This document shows, piece by piece, positions 9,389-19,375 of a stretch of DNA of 64,000 nucleotides. Each line of letters starts with the position of its first letter. Position 1 is the first letter of the stretch. Source of the DNA: a plasmid; sequence record NZ_AP019754.1; one strand, given 5' to 3'. The notes under the pieces are model-generated. The model did no database searches and was not told the DNA's origin. It saw nothing but the letters and a program-made list of their open reading frames with translations. The translations under genes and the position numbers were made by a program.

Positions 9389-11038
9389 TTACAGCGCCAT
9401 ATCGTGCTGCGCCGAGGCTGGGGCTTTTTCGCTGTTAGCAGCGGGCGCTTCAGTTGGCTGATTGCCCATCTGAATAACCGGCGGCTTGGTCAGCTGCAGC
9501 GTTGCTGCCGTTTCATCCCAGACCTGCTGCGTGAGCGCAGGGTTGTCGTTCAGTTTCTGGCCGTAAGCAGGAACGATTTTACGGATTTTTTCCTGCCATT
9601 CTGCTGACTTGAATTGTTCCGGGAACAGTTTCTGCATCACATTGATTGCGATAGGTGCAGCCGTGGATGCGCCAGGCGATGCACCCAGCAATGCGGCAAC
9701 GGTTTTCTGCTGATCGGTCACAATTTCCGTACCCAGTTTCAGCACGCCGCCTTTATCCGCATCCTTTTTGATGATCTGCACGCGCTGACCGGCCTGAATC
9801 AGTTTCCAGTCTTCTTTCTTCGCTTCAGGATAGTACTCTTTCAGCGCGGCAAAACGGTCATCATCGCTCAACATAACCTGACCGATCAGGTATTTGACCA
9901 GGTCAAAGTTATCCATGCCTACGTGGGTCATCGGCATAAAGTTGTGCGTGGTCGTTGTGCTCAGTAAATCAAACAACGAACCATTTTTCAGGAACTTGGT
10001 TGAGAACGTTGCGAAAGGTCCAAACAGCACGACACGCTTACCATCAAGGTAACGGGTATCCAGATGCGGAACCGACATCGGTGGCGCACCCACGGAAGCC
10101 TGACCATACACTTTTGCCAGATGGCGATCGGCAATCGCGCTATTCTCTGTCACCAGGAAGGATCCCCCTACCGGGAAACCTGCGTAATTGTCGGCTTCCG
10201 GAATACCGGTTTTTTGCAGCAGTTTAAGCGCACCGCCACCTGCACCGATAAAGACGTATTTCGCGTCTACGGTACGTTCGCCGCCATTTTTGGCGTCTTT
10301 AATGGTAACGTGCCAGGAATTATCACTGTTACGTTTAAAATCGGTCACTTCCGAAGAGGTTTCCAGGCGGAAATTATCGTTCTTCTTCAGGCTGCCAATT
10401 AACTGACGGGTGATTTCACCATAGTTAACGTCGGTTCCTACTGGCGTCCAGGTAGCAGCCACTTTTTGTTGTGGATCGCGACCTTCCATAACCAGCGGCG
10501 CCCACTGCGCGATCTGCTTGTGATCGGTTGAGAACTTCATGCCCTGGAACAGCACAGTTTTCTGCAGTGCGGCATAGCGTTTCGTCAGATAATCAACGTT
10601 ATCGCCCCAGACAAAGCTCATGTGCGGCGTTGAGTTAATGAACGAACGCGGATTATTTAACACGCCGTCTTTAACCTGAGAGCTCCAGAACTGACGAGAA
10701 ATCATGAAGGCTTCGTTGATTTCCAGCGCTTTGGTCACGTCAATAGAACCGTCTGCACGCTCTGGCGTGTAGTTCAGTTCCATGTTGGCTGAGTGGCCGG
10801 TACCGGCGTTGTTCCAGCCGTTAGAGGATTCCAGCGCTACGCCATCAAGTTTCTCAACCATGATCTGTTTCCAGCCCGGTTGCAGCTCTTCCAGCAGGGT
10901 GCCCAGAGAGGCGCTCATGATACCGCCGCCAATCAGCAGAACATCTGTTTTTTCTGGTGAATTTTCAGCGTGGGTCACTGAAGAAACGAGTAACGCTGCA
11001 AGCGACAGTGCAGGTACAAATTTAGTTGATTTAATCAT
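9389..11038 (-). CDS. mqo: malate:quinone oxidoreductase
   Basis: 549 aa; colinear with E. coli Mqo ([77 protein letters not shown]). Confidence 0.9.
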   Translation of the reverse strand: MIKSTKFVPALSLAALLVSSVTHAENSPEKTDVLLIGGGIMSASLGTLLEELQPGWKQIMVEKLDGVALESSNGWNNAGTGHSANMELNYTPERADGSIDVTKALEINEAFMISRQFWSSQVKDGVLNNPRSFINSTPHMSFVWGDNVDYLTKRYAALQKTVLFQGMKFSTDHKQIAQWAPLVMEGRDPQQKVAATWTPVGTDVNYGEITRQLIGSLKKNDNFRLETSSEVTDFKRNSDNSWHVTIKDAKNGGERTVDAKYVFIGAGGGALKLLQKTGIPEADNYAGFPVGGSFLVTENSAIADRHLAKVYGQASVGAPPMSVPHLDTRYLDGKRVVLFGPFATFSTKFLKNGSLFDLLSTTTTHNFMPMTHVGMDNFDLVKYLIGQVMLSDDDRFAALKEYYPEAKKEDWKLIQAGQRVQIIKKDADKGGVLKLGTEIVTDQQKTVAALLGASPGASTAAPIAINVMQKLFPEQFKSAEWQEKIRKIVPAYGQKLNDNPALTQQVWDETAATLQLTKPPVIQMGNQPTEAPAANSEKAPASAQHDMAL

Positions 11039-11418
11039 TAGGGATCTACGATTTCGTGGAGAACTAGTTAAAAAAAGTTCCGAAACTTTAAAATATTGTT
11101 ATTTCGTAGTTAATATGAAAATAGTTAAAAAATTAAAAGACAGGGTTTTGCAGTTAATTTAGTTACAAAAGATTAACTTTGTTATCGATATATTTTAACC
11201 ACACAATAAAGGGGCGTTTCGAAATATACAATGCCCTAACACAAATATTCTCTGTGCGACGAATAAACGGAAATGGCGGCGCCTGACCGGAAAGTGGGGT
11301 TATTTACTGCGACAAACGTGCATTAACATGCACGGAACAGGATGAGGCGGTTGACGAAAAAGTATGGGCAGTACACGCAACCTGATGTCCCTGAGCGATA
11401 CGCCTTCAGGGACATGGA

Positions 11419-12363
11419 TTAGTGGCGAATCAGCGCCAGTTCGTCTTCACTCAGACCAGTCATCTTCATAACCGTCTCACGGTCAAGACCGCTTTGAAGC
11501 ATAGTGCGGGCGATTTTCAGCGTCGCTTCGCGCTCTCCCTCTGAGCGGCCTTCTTCGCGACCCAGTTGGATGCCTTTTTCCATGCCTTTTTCCATGCCTT
11601 TTTGTTCGAGCTGCTGCGCAATGGTCATCAGTACGTCTCCGTGTTGCGGCACGCGATGTGCCAGTTCTCTTACCAATGCTTCGGCGTCGGCGGTTTCTCC
11701 CGCCTGCACGATATAGTGTATCAGTGATACGACCTGTGATGAAGAAAGATAGCCCGCCAGTAAGACCGGGACAAGCTTATCAACCAACTCCGCTAAATCG
11801 CGCTGGTGGATATGTTTCTGAAGCAGGGTTAACGCGGCCATACTGCGGTGCTCTGCAATCTCCTCGTCAGGAATAATCGTGACATCCACCAGCGGAAAAG
11901 CCGTGCTATAGAGCCGGTTGGCCAGCGCAGGATCGGTAAATTCATCCAGCCAGCGCGTGGAATAAGGATAAGGACGACGTTTCCCGGTATAGAACAAGAC
12001 AGGGATGACCAGCGGCAATTTTTTATGGCCGGCTTCAAGGTGGCGCTGCATCGCCGCCACGGCATAACGCAGCAGCCTGAATGCCATGTGCTTATCCGGT
12101 GAGGACTGATGTTCGATCAGGACGTGAACATAGCCGTCATCGCCTTGTGCGGTTTTCAGGCTGTACAACACGTCGCTGAAATATTGGCGAAGATCATCTT
12201 CAACGAAAGATCCGGATTCGAGTTTTAACGTGCTGAGATCGCACACGGCCCGTAATTCCGCAGGCAGGTGCAATTCCATAAAATCACGCGCAATCTCTGT
12301 CTGCGTAAGAAACTGGCGGAAGGTGGCATCGTGAGGCGTGGGTGTACTGTTTTTTTTCTTCAT
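11419..12363 (-). CDS. Rpn-family recombination-promoting nuclease / putative transposase (YhgA-like PD-(D/E)XK)
   Basis: 314 aa. N-terminal conserved block HDATFRQFLTQTEIARDFMELHLP...VHVLIEHQS and a C-terminal low-complexity Gly/Glu/Lys repeat region (KGMEKGMEKGIQLGREEGRSEGEREA) typical of Rpn proteins. Confidence 0.8.
   Translation of the reverse strand: MKKKNSTPTPHDATFRQFLTQTEIARDFMELHLPAELRAVCDLSTLKLESGSFVEDDLRQYFSDVLYSLKTAQGDDGYVHVLIEHQSSPDKHMAFRLLRYAVAAMQRHLEAGHKKLPLVIPVLFYTGKRRPYPYSTRWLDEFTDPALANRLYSTAFPLVDVTIIPDEEIAEHRSMAALTLLQKHIHQRDLAELVDKLVPVLLAGYLSSSQVVSLIHYIVQAGETADAEALVRELAHRVPQHGDVLMTIAQQLEQKGMEKGMEKGIQLGREEGRSEGEREATLKIARTMLQSGLDRETVMKMTGLSEDELALIRH
11570..11605. repeat. 12-bp tandem repeat (atgcctttttcc x3, last copy degenerate) inside the rpn C-terminal coding region
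   Basis: Direct reading of the sequence. It encodes the (K/E)KGME iterations on the minus strand. Confidence 0.6.
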
Positions 12364-12622
12364 CTGTCCTGACTCTGCAAGCGCAACCTGGCGTAATGCT
12401 TACCGGCGCGAAAACGAATATGTCGATTCACACATACATTTTGTCCAGCACTCTCTGATTTACCTGCCATGCTGTCAGTATGATTTACAGGCGTTGTCCG
12501 TCATCATGCCAGATATCCACGGTTAAAAGCACGCTAACCTGCTTAATTTACTGGATTTCAGGCGCAAACTGTACTGGTGCGACGACTTCGCGTATGTTGC
12601 AACGCGTACCTCAACACATCTG

Positions 12623-14263
12623 ATGCTGACTATGAATGACTCCCGGCCACAACGATCGTTAAAGAAGCGCCCAATGAAGCTCAGCACCCTGTCGTCATTG
12701 ATGATGGCGGCCGTGCTGATGACCGTAATATTAAGCGTCCATCTGCTTTATTACATCCAGATCGATAACTTCACCCGTTCGCATTTGAAAGATAAAGCGA
12801 TGGCAGTGGCGCGCACTCTGGCCGACAGCCCGGAGATTCAGCAGGCCCTGACGCGGCCAGACGGAAGCACCATCATTCAACCGATCGCGCAGGCAACGCG
12901 AAAACGTAACGATTTGCTGTTTGTCGTCGTCACCGACATGCGCGGTATTCGCTTCTCTCACCCGAACCCTGAAGTGGTTAATCAGCACTTTGTCGGGAAC
13001 GATATTAAACCGGCGTTACGCGGCAGGGAGAATGTCGCGGTGAATCATGGCGTACTGGTTGAGGCGCTCAGGGTATTTACGCCCGTTTTCAATCAGGCGC
13101 ATCAGCAAATTGGCGTGGTGGCCATTGGGATCTCGGTGAATGATGTCGCGGCGCAAATTGCGAAAAGCCGCTGGAATATTCTCTGGACCGTGCTGTTTGG
13201 CGGGCTGGTTGGCATGCTCGGCATATTAATCTTAGTGAAACGCTTAAAGCACATTTTACTGGGATTAGAGCCGTATGAGATTTCCAGCTTGTTTGAAGAG
13301 CGTCAGGCTATTCTCGATTCGATTAAAGAAGGTGTGATTGCGGTTGACGATCAATCCCGCGTCAGCCTGATTAATCAGGCTGCGCAGCAGCTGTTAAAAG
13401 AAACCACCCGCGAAGCATTTCTGAGCGGTGACCGCGTGCCGGAAAATGCACAGATGCTGACGCATTTACGCGATGCATTGCACGAAGGCAAAGCCTCTTA
13501 TGACGAAGAGCTCAACGTACGCGGCAAAATACTGATCAGTAACACCGTGCCGGTGCGCAGTCGTGACAGTATTATTGGGGCAGTGAGCACATTCAGGGAT
13601 AAAACAGAAATCAGCCAGCTAATGCAGCGTCTCGACGGCATGGTAAACTATGTCGATGCACTGCGGGAGCGATCCCATGAATTCATGAACAAGCTGCATG
13701 TGATTCTTGGTCTGCTACACATGAAAAACTATGCGCAGATGGAAGAGTACATCCTTAAAACGGCCAATAACTATCAAACGGAAATAGGTTCGCTGCTACA
13801 GAAGATTAAGTCGCCTGTTATTGCAGGCTTCCTGTTGAGCAAAATTAACCGCGTAACAGATGAAGGCCACCAGCTGATCCTGAGCGAAGCCAGCTATCTG
13901 CCCGACAACGGCAGTGAACAGCAAATCGCAGCACTTATCACGGTACTGGGCAATCTGATTGAAAACGCGCTGGAAGCGCTCGATCCGGAAATGGAAGGGG
14001 AAATCCATGTCATGCTGCATTATCAAAACGGCTGGCTGTCGTGCGAGGTCAGTGACGATGGCCCCGGTATTCCTGCCGATCAGCTCGCCGCCATTTTCGA
14101 ACGCGGCGTCTCTACCAAAGGTGAAGATCGTGGCGTTGGACTGTTTTTACTCAAGCAACAAACGGAAAGTCTGGGCGGTAACGTCAGCGTGGAATCAGAA
14201 CCGGGCGTTTATACTCAGTTTCTGGTTCAGCTTCCGTGGGAAAGAGGGAATATTAGCGAATGA
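12623..14263 (+). CDS. dcuS: C4-dicarboxylate sensor histidine kinase
   Basis: 546 aa; colinear with E. coli DcuS (KRPMKLST, ALAVARTLADSPEI, LLFVVVTDM, SRW.I.W.VLFG, STFRDKTE, HEFMNKLHVILGLLH, GNLIENALEAL). Alternative start at 12632. Confidence 0.85.
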   Translation: MLTMNDSRPQRSLKKRPMKLSTLSSLMMAAVLMTVILSVHLLYYIQIDNFTRSHLKDKAMAVARTLADSPEIQQALTRPDGSTIIQPIAQATRKRNDLLFVVVTDMRGIRFSHPNPEVVNQHFVGNDIKPALRGRENVAVNHGVLVEALRVFTPVFNQAHQQIGVVAIGISVNDVAAQIAKSRWNILWTVLFGGLVGMLGILILVKRLKHILLGLEPYEISSLFEERQAILDSIKEGVIAVDDQSRVSLINQAAQQLLKETTREAFLSGDRVPENAQMLTHLRDALHEGKASYDEELNVRGKILISNTVPVRSRDSIIGAVSTFRDKTEISQLMQRLDGMVNYVDALRERSHEFMNKLHVILGLLHMKNYAQMEEYILKTANNYQTEIGSLLQKIKSPVIAGFLLSKINRVTDEGHQLILSEASYLPDNGSEQQIAALITVLGNLIENALEALDPEMEGEIHVMLHYQNGWLSCEVSDDGPGIPADQLAAIFERGVSTKGEDRGVGLFLLKQQTESLGGNVSVESEPGVYTQFLVQLPWERGNISE

Positions 14264-14979
14264 TCAATGTGTTAGTCGTAGACGATGATGCCATGGTGGC
14301 CGAACTGAACCGATGCTATATCGGGCAGATTGACGGTTTTACCTGCTGTGGTACCGCGTCCACCTTACAGCAAGCCAAAGAGCGCCTGTTGCAGACAGAT
14401 CCGCCCGTTGATCTTATTTTGCTGGATATCTATATGCAGCAGGAAAACGGACTGGACCTGTTGCCAGAGCTGCGCAGTGCGGGGCGTCCGGTTGACGTCA
14501 TTATCATCTCATCCGCTGCCGATGCGGCGACCATTAAAACGTCGCTGAACTACGGCGTTGTGGATTATCTGATAAAACCCTTTCAGTTTTCCCGCTTTGA
14601 AGAGGCGCTGACCGGATGGCGTCAGAAAAAACGGCTGATGGATAATCATCAGTTTTATCAGCAGGCCGATGTGGATCAACTGCTGCATGGTAATCAGGCC
14701 AATGCCAGCGAGACAAAACGCCTGCCAAAAGGGCTGACGCCGCAGACATTACGTACGCTGTGTTTGTGGATTGATGCGCACCCCGGTACCGAGTTTTCTA
14801 CCGATGAGCTGGCCACTGAGGTGAATATTTCTCGCGTATCGTGCCGTAAATACCTGATTTGGCTGGCGCAGAGCAATATTTTGTTTACCAGTATTCACTA
14901 CGGCGTCACGGGACGTCCGGTGTATCGCTATCGTCTGCAGCCGGAGTACCACACGCTTTTACGCCAGTACTGTCAATGA
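14260..14979 (+). CDS. dcuR: C4-dicarboxylate response regulator
   Basis: 239 aa; receiver domain (VLVVDDD...DLILLDIYM) plus a DcuR/CitB-type C-terminal HTH. Overlaps the dcuS stop (ATGA). Confidence 0.85.
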   Translation: MINVLVVDDDAMVAELNRCYIGQIDGFTCCGTASTLQQAKERLLQTDPPVDLILLDIYMQQENGLDLLPELRSAGRPVDVIIISSAADAATIKTSLNYGVVDYLIKPFQFSRFEEALTGWRQKKRLMDNHQFYQQADVDQLLHGNQANASETKRLPKGLTPQTLRTLCLWIDAHPGTEFSTDELATEVNISRVSCRKYLIWLAQSNILFTSIHYGVTGRPVYRYRLQPEYHTLLRQYCQ

Positions 14980-15941
14980 CGGAGCTGAAAGCAATTATCC
15001 AGTAAGGTGAAGTGAAAGTGACGTTGTGACGAGCAAATGACCTGCTTGTCGCGCGTCACGAAGACAGCCTCAATATCAGGATGGCTTTTCAGATACGCAA
15101 TGCCCTTCTCAACGCCCATGCCATAAATCAGCGTGGTATAAATATCACCGTCGATCGACTGATCGGAAATAATGGTCACGCTATACAGCTCATTATCCAG
15201 CGGATAGCCGGTATGTCTGTCAAGAATATGGTGATAACAGACGCCATCCTGTTCGAAGTAACGTTCGTAGATCCCGGACGTCACCACGGATTTGTTCACA
15301 ACATGAATGACACCAATCAGGGCATCCTGGGCCGCAAAAGGGGTTTTCAGACCGATTGCCCATCCCTGCTGCGGCGCATCACGAGGTGCGCCTAACGTTT
15401 GCACGTTGCCGCCAAGGTTAATCAACGCGCTATCGACGCCCTGCTGCTGCAAAAAAGCCTGCACCCGATCGGCAATGTAGCCTTTGGCGATGGCACCCAG
15501 ATCAATTTCCATCCCCGTTTTGTTCAGAAACACCGAACGCGTGTCCGCATCAAGCTGGACATTTTCAGGACAGGTTAAGGGCAACGTTGCCAGTATTGTC
15601 TCCCGCGCAGGAACGCAGTCACCCTGAAAGCCAATTTTCCAGCATTTCACCAGCGGGCCAATCGTGAGATTAAAACTGCTGTCTGGTAACAGACTGACGT
15701 TAAGTGCGCGCTGAATTAAATCAAAGACGGGTTGACTGACGCTCACGGGATGCTGACCGGCAGCATGGTTAATCGCCATCACTTCGGAGTGCGTCCGGTT
15801 AACCGTCAGCAGATTTTCGTACTGTTTGATTAATCTGAAAGCCTGTGCCGCAAGCTTTTCGTCGTGCTCGAATAGCTTAAGCAGAATGGGCGATCCCATC
15901 AGGACGGCGGAATAAGCACAGACTTGCGACTCGGTTTGCAT
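14973..15941 (-). CDS. apbE: FAD:protein FMN transferase (ApbE family), cytoplasmic type (no signal peptide)
   Basis: The ORF track gives ..15983. The in-frame ATG at 15941 gives MQTESQVC.... ApbE family motifs are present (AIAKGY, LINLGGN, SVVTSGIYERYF, HHILDRHTGYP). It lies immediately upstream of, and is co-oriented with, the FMN_bind-containing reductase. Confidence 0.8.
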   Translation of the reverse strand: MQTESQVCAYSAVLMGSPILLKLFEHDEKLAAQAFRLIKQYENLLTVNRTHSEVMAINHAAGQHPVSVSQPVFDLIQRALNVSLLPDSSFNLTIGPLVKCWKIGFQGDCVPARETILATLPLTCPENVQLDADTRSVFLNKTGMEIDLGAIAKGYIADRVQAFLQQQGVDSALINLGGNVQTLGAPRDAPQQGWAIGLKTPFAAQDALIGVIHVVNKSVVTSGIYERYFEQDGVCYHHILDRHTGYPLDNELYSVTIISDQSIDGDIYTTLIYGMGVEKGIAYLKSHPDIEAVFVTRDKQVICSSQRHFHFTLLDNCFQLRH

Positions 15942-16007
15942 AGGCGACACCGCTCTGGGAGGGAATAAAACCGGCACCTGCATGCGGGCAGATGCCGGCG
16001 GTGACGA

Positions 16008-18785
16008 CTAGCGTTTGGCTAACGCCGCAGCGTTGGCACCTGCCAGAATACCAAAGATGATGATGTCCGCAACCGCGTTACCACCGATACGGTTTGCACC
16101 GTGGATCCCGCCGACAACTTCACCGCACGCCCAGGCACCGTGGATTGGCTGTTTATGGCTGTCGAGCACGGCTGTGGTGGTATCAATGGTGACGCCACCC
16201 ATTGTGTGGTGAACACCGGGCGCGATGCGGATCGCATGGAAAGGGCCCTCGTTCAACGGATGACGCAGCGCGGTCTGACGATCGAAGTCCGCGTCTTTCT
16301 GCTGTATCACAAAGCCGTTATAGCGATGCAGCGTTTCTTCCAGCGTCCGGTGTTCCATATTCAGTTTCACCGCCAGCTCGCCTACGGTTGGCGCGCTGAT
16401 AACAAATCCTTTGGCAATATACTCATCGGCCGCTTTGTTATTCATACGAACCTGCTCATCGAAGACAATCCAGGCGCTTTTCTCCGGCAGTGCAATAATC
16501 TGCGCAGAAACTTTATCGCGGGTTTCCATCTCATTACAGAAGCGCTGTCCCGCCTGGCTGACCAGAATGGCCCCACCGCCACGAATAGACTCTGACACCA
16601 GATAGGATGTGGTTTGCTCAACCGTTGGGTGAATCTGAATCTCGCCCATATCCACGGTATCCGCACCAATTTTTTGCAGCATCGCAATGCCTGCGCCAGT
16701 GGCCCCTTTATGGTTGGTGGTGACAAAGCCATCCAGCTCAGGGCGGTATTTCACCACCATTTCCCGGTTGGCGCTGAAGCCACCTGTTGCGACGATGACG
16801 CTTTTCGCATTGAGAATACGGCTGTCGTTGTATTCATCCACCACTTTGACACCGCTGACCGCGCCGTTGTCGAACAAAATTTCCTCTACGGCGGTTTCAA
16901 GCAGGACGTCAATATTACGGTTATTGATATTTTTCACTAACCCACTGATCAGGAAGCCGCCAACGGCCGAGCGGTCGGCAGGACGGTGCGTACGATCAAT
17001 GCTCATGCCGCCGGTGATGGTGATGTCATTCAGTTCGATACCGTGATCGGCCAGCCAGTCAATGGCTTCAGGCGCCAAATCAACGAACTCGCGCAGCAGG
17101 GTCGGGTTGTTTTTGTACTTACCGCCCTTGAGCGTTTCCTCATAAAACAGTTCTTTGCTGTCTTCGATACCTTTCAGTTTCTGAAAACGCGTCTCGGCGG
17201 CGTTCATCCCTACGGATGCTTTGATCGTGTTACCGCCGATAGTGGGCATTTTCTCAATGACAACCACTTTGGCACCTTCATCATGCGCCTGAATGGCCGC
17301 GGCCAGACCGGCACCGCCGCTTCCCACGACCACCACATCATACTGTTGCGGTGCATTGGGATTACCGCCCTCTTCAATCACATGGGCTTTATTTGAAGTG
17401 GTCATTGCACGCGATACTGCTTTTTTCAGGGCCTCACTCTGCGTGGTCGCGCCGGTGATAGCATCAACGTGTGGGCTGTTAGCCACCAGAATACGATTAC
17501 GCAGGCTTTCGAAGGTGGTAGTGAAGTCAACGTCCAGCGTGTCGTCCGGTACCAGCGAGATATCTGTAATACGGTCGGTATCCAGCGTGACGTTGATCTT
17601 CAGCTTAAGCGCTTCGGCCTCAACTTTTTCCTGATAAACACCGGCTTTGTATTTGCGTCCCGACTCACTCATATCGCGAATCATGGCGTCAACCAGCGAG
17701 AAACGCCACAGCGGTTCAGGGATCAATAACGCTTCACGCTGGTTACTGTCGATGTAAAGTTCAAGATGCTCATTATTGATAATGCGATCTGTCCAGTCGG
17801 GATAAGCGATGCAGGCTTTACCAATCGCAACCAGGTCATAGCCTTTTTCCAGCGCTTTTTCCGCATCTTCTTTGTTTACCACACCGCCAACGCCAATGAC
17901 CGGCACTTTCGCCAGCGTTGGGGACCGCATGTTAATAAACTTCTCAATCAGCGGGGTTGGATCGGTGGTATCAACGATAGAGGGGCGCATAAGCTGCCCA
18001 ACAGAAAAGTGGACATAATCGAGCCCGCGTGCCGCCAGCTTTTCCAGTAGGTACAGGGTGTCATCGAAACGGATGCCCGGGACTTCAAGTTCTTCAGGGG
18101 AAAAACGATAGCCGATGATGAACCCGTTATGTGCAAATCGCGCGGCCATTTTATGGGTAATTTCGAGGACTTCCAGCGGAAAGCGGGCACGGTTATCGCG
18201 ACTGCCGCCCCATTTGTCATCGCGTTGATTGGAATTGGGTGAGTAAAATTGCTGTATCAGATAGGTGTTTGCGCCATGAATTTCAACGCCATCAAATCCG
18301 GCTTTAATGGCGCGGTTAACGGCGTCACCAAATTTAGTGATCATGGTATCCACTTCTTCTGCCGTTAGCGCGCGCGGCGTCGTGGCACCCTCACGAGGTG
18401 CGGCAATGGCGCTTGGGGCGACAGGGGTTTTCCCCCCTATCAGCTCAGGCTCAACCATGCGGCCGCCGTGATAGATCTGCAAAATCGCTGTCGAACCTTC
18501 CTGCTTGATGGCGTCAGCAATTCGCTTTAGGCCCGGAATTTTGTTGTCGCTGTCGATGGCTATAGCCCCTGGAAACGCGGGACCTTTTGGATCGATAAAA
18601 CAGCATTCAACAATGACCGTTCCGATGCTGCCAGCACGGGCACGATAATATTCAACCAGTTCACTGGTGACCGTTCCGTCATAAAAACCGGTGCAGGTTG
18701 TCATGGGTGCCATGATCAGGCGATTTTTTAAAACCGCGCCACGCGGCAACGTAATGGAATTGAGAATGGGGGTGAGTGTATTCAT
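16008..18785 (-). CDS. three-domain soluble flavoprotein reductase (N-terminal OYE-like NADH:flavin oxidoreductase, central FMN_bind, C-terminal FAD_binding_2 fumarate-reductase/flavocytochrome-c-type domain); candidate NADH:fumarate (2-enoate) reductase
   Basis: The ORF track starts at TTG 18800; ATG 18785 (MNTLTPILNS) has GGAG 9 nt upstream. OYE motifs: LKNRLIMAPMTT, GFDGVEIHGANTYLIQQF. FMN_bind domain carries the flavinylation motif DAITGATTQS. Dinucleotide-binding YDVVVVGSGGAGLAAA starts the FAD domain, with later catalytic HHTMGG / GEVVGGIHGANRIGGNA motifs. No signal peptide or heme motif. Confidence 0.8.
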   Translation of the reverse strand: MNTLTPILNSITLPRGAVLKNRLIMAPMTTCTGFYDGTVTSELVEYYRARAGSIGTVIVECCFIDPKGPAFPGAIAIDSDNKIPGLKRIADAIKQEGSTAILQIYHGGRMVEPELIGGKTPVAPSAIAAPREGATTPRALTAEEVDTMITKFGDAVNRAIKAGFDGVEIHGANTYLIQQFYSPNSNQRDDKWGGSRDNRARFPLEVLEITHKMAARFAHNGFIIGYRFSPEELEVPGIRFDDTLYLLEKLAARGLDYVHFSVGQLMRPSIVDTTDPTPLIEKFINMRSPTLAKVPVIGVGGVVNKEDAEKALEKGYDLVAIGKACIAYPDWTDRIINNEHLELYIDSNQREALLIPEPLWRFSLVDAMIRDMSESGRKYKAGVYQEKVEAEALKLKINVTLDTDRITDISLVPDDTLDVDFTTTFESLRNRILVANSPHVDAITGATTQSEALKKAVSRAMTTSNKAHVIEEGGNPNAPQQYDVVVVGSGGAGLAAAIQAHDEGAKVVVIEKMPTIGGNTIKASVGMNAAETRFQKLKGIEDSKELFYEETLKGGKYKNNPTLLREFVDLAPEAIDWLADHGIELNDITITGGMSIDRTHRPADRSAVGGFLISGLVKNINNRNIDVLLETAVEEILFDNGAVSGVKVVDEYNDSRILNAKSVIVATGGFSANREMVVKYRPELDGFVTTNHKGATGAGIAMLQKIGADTVDMGEIQIHPTVEQTTSYLVSESIRGGGAILVSQAGQRFCNEMETRDKVSAQIIALPEKSAWIVFDEQVRMNNKAADEYIAKGFVISAPTVGELAVKLNMEHRTLEETLHRYNGFVIQQKDADFDRQTALRHPLNEGPFHAIRIAPGVHHTMGGVTIDTTTAVLDSHKQPIHGAWACGEVVGGIHGANRIGGNAVADIIIFGILAGANAAALAKR

Positions 18786-19176
18786 TGCGATTAACTCCAA
18801 AAATTCAAAACTCGGGAATTCTGTGCGGACGCTTTTTTATTAATAAATAAGTGGTCCGATGTCATAACGCTAATATACCAATTATTTTAGTTTCATAAGT
18901 TTTAATTTTAGTTTTTTAACTTTTAAATATTTCAAGTTTACTATTTGATTAAAGCAGGATCGTGATGTATATTTATTGTTAATCAATAGTTAAGGAAAAT
19001 CAATGAGAATTGTGAAATTAAAAATACTACAATAAAAACAATAGCTTAAACATATAATTCTGTTGCTCACCCTTCCCAAAGTGAAGCTTAAAACCCTTAT
19101 TTTTGCAGTTTAAATATTTGGCTCTAGGTTATTAATAATTTAGTTGTTAAAATTTTAATCGTATAATTTAACTTAC

Positions 19177-19190
19177 TTGATCTGGATCAA
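19177..19190. promoter_or_regulatory. perfect FNR/CRP-family half-site pair TTGAT-N4-ATCAA in the 575-bp AT-rich divergent control region
   Basis: ttgatctggatcaa read directly from the sequence. Lies about 190 bp upstream of the DASS transporter start. Anaerobic dicarboxylate genes are classically FNR-dependent. Confidence 0.4.
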
Positions 19191-19375
19191 TATTCTGTTT
19201 TTAATTAATCGCATCATATCCACATGATCTTTTATAAATGCCTCCATCGCACCAGAGGACAAGTTAAAGAATTATAAGGCATCACGGTTTATTCTCATAA
19301 TTTAGAATAAAGAAGTCCCTATGGACGAATTGCCGGGACGCTGCTCGAATTATCCTTAACACGTAGAAAAATACT

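Noticed and set aside
9380-10406. Several 70-120-aa plus-strand ORFs inside mqo (9380..9607, 9614..9967, 9955..10227, 10064..10402, 10188..10406)
   Set aside because: All are antisense to the strongly conserved Mqo frame. Typical GC-rich antisense ORFs.
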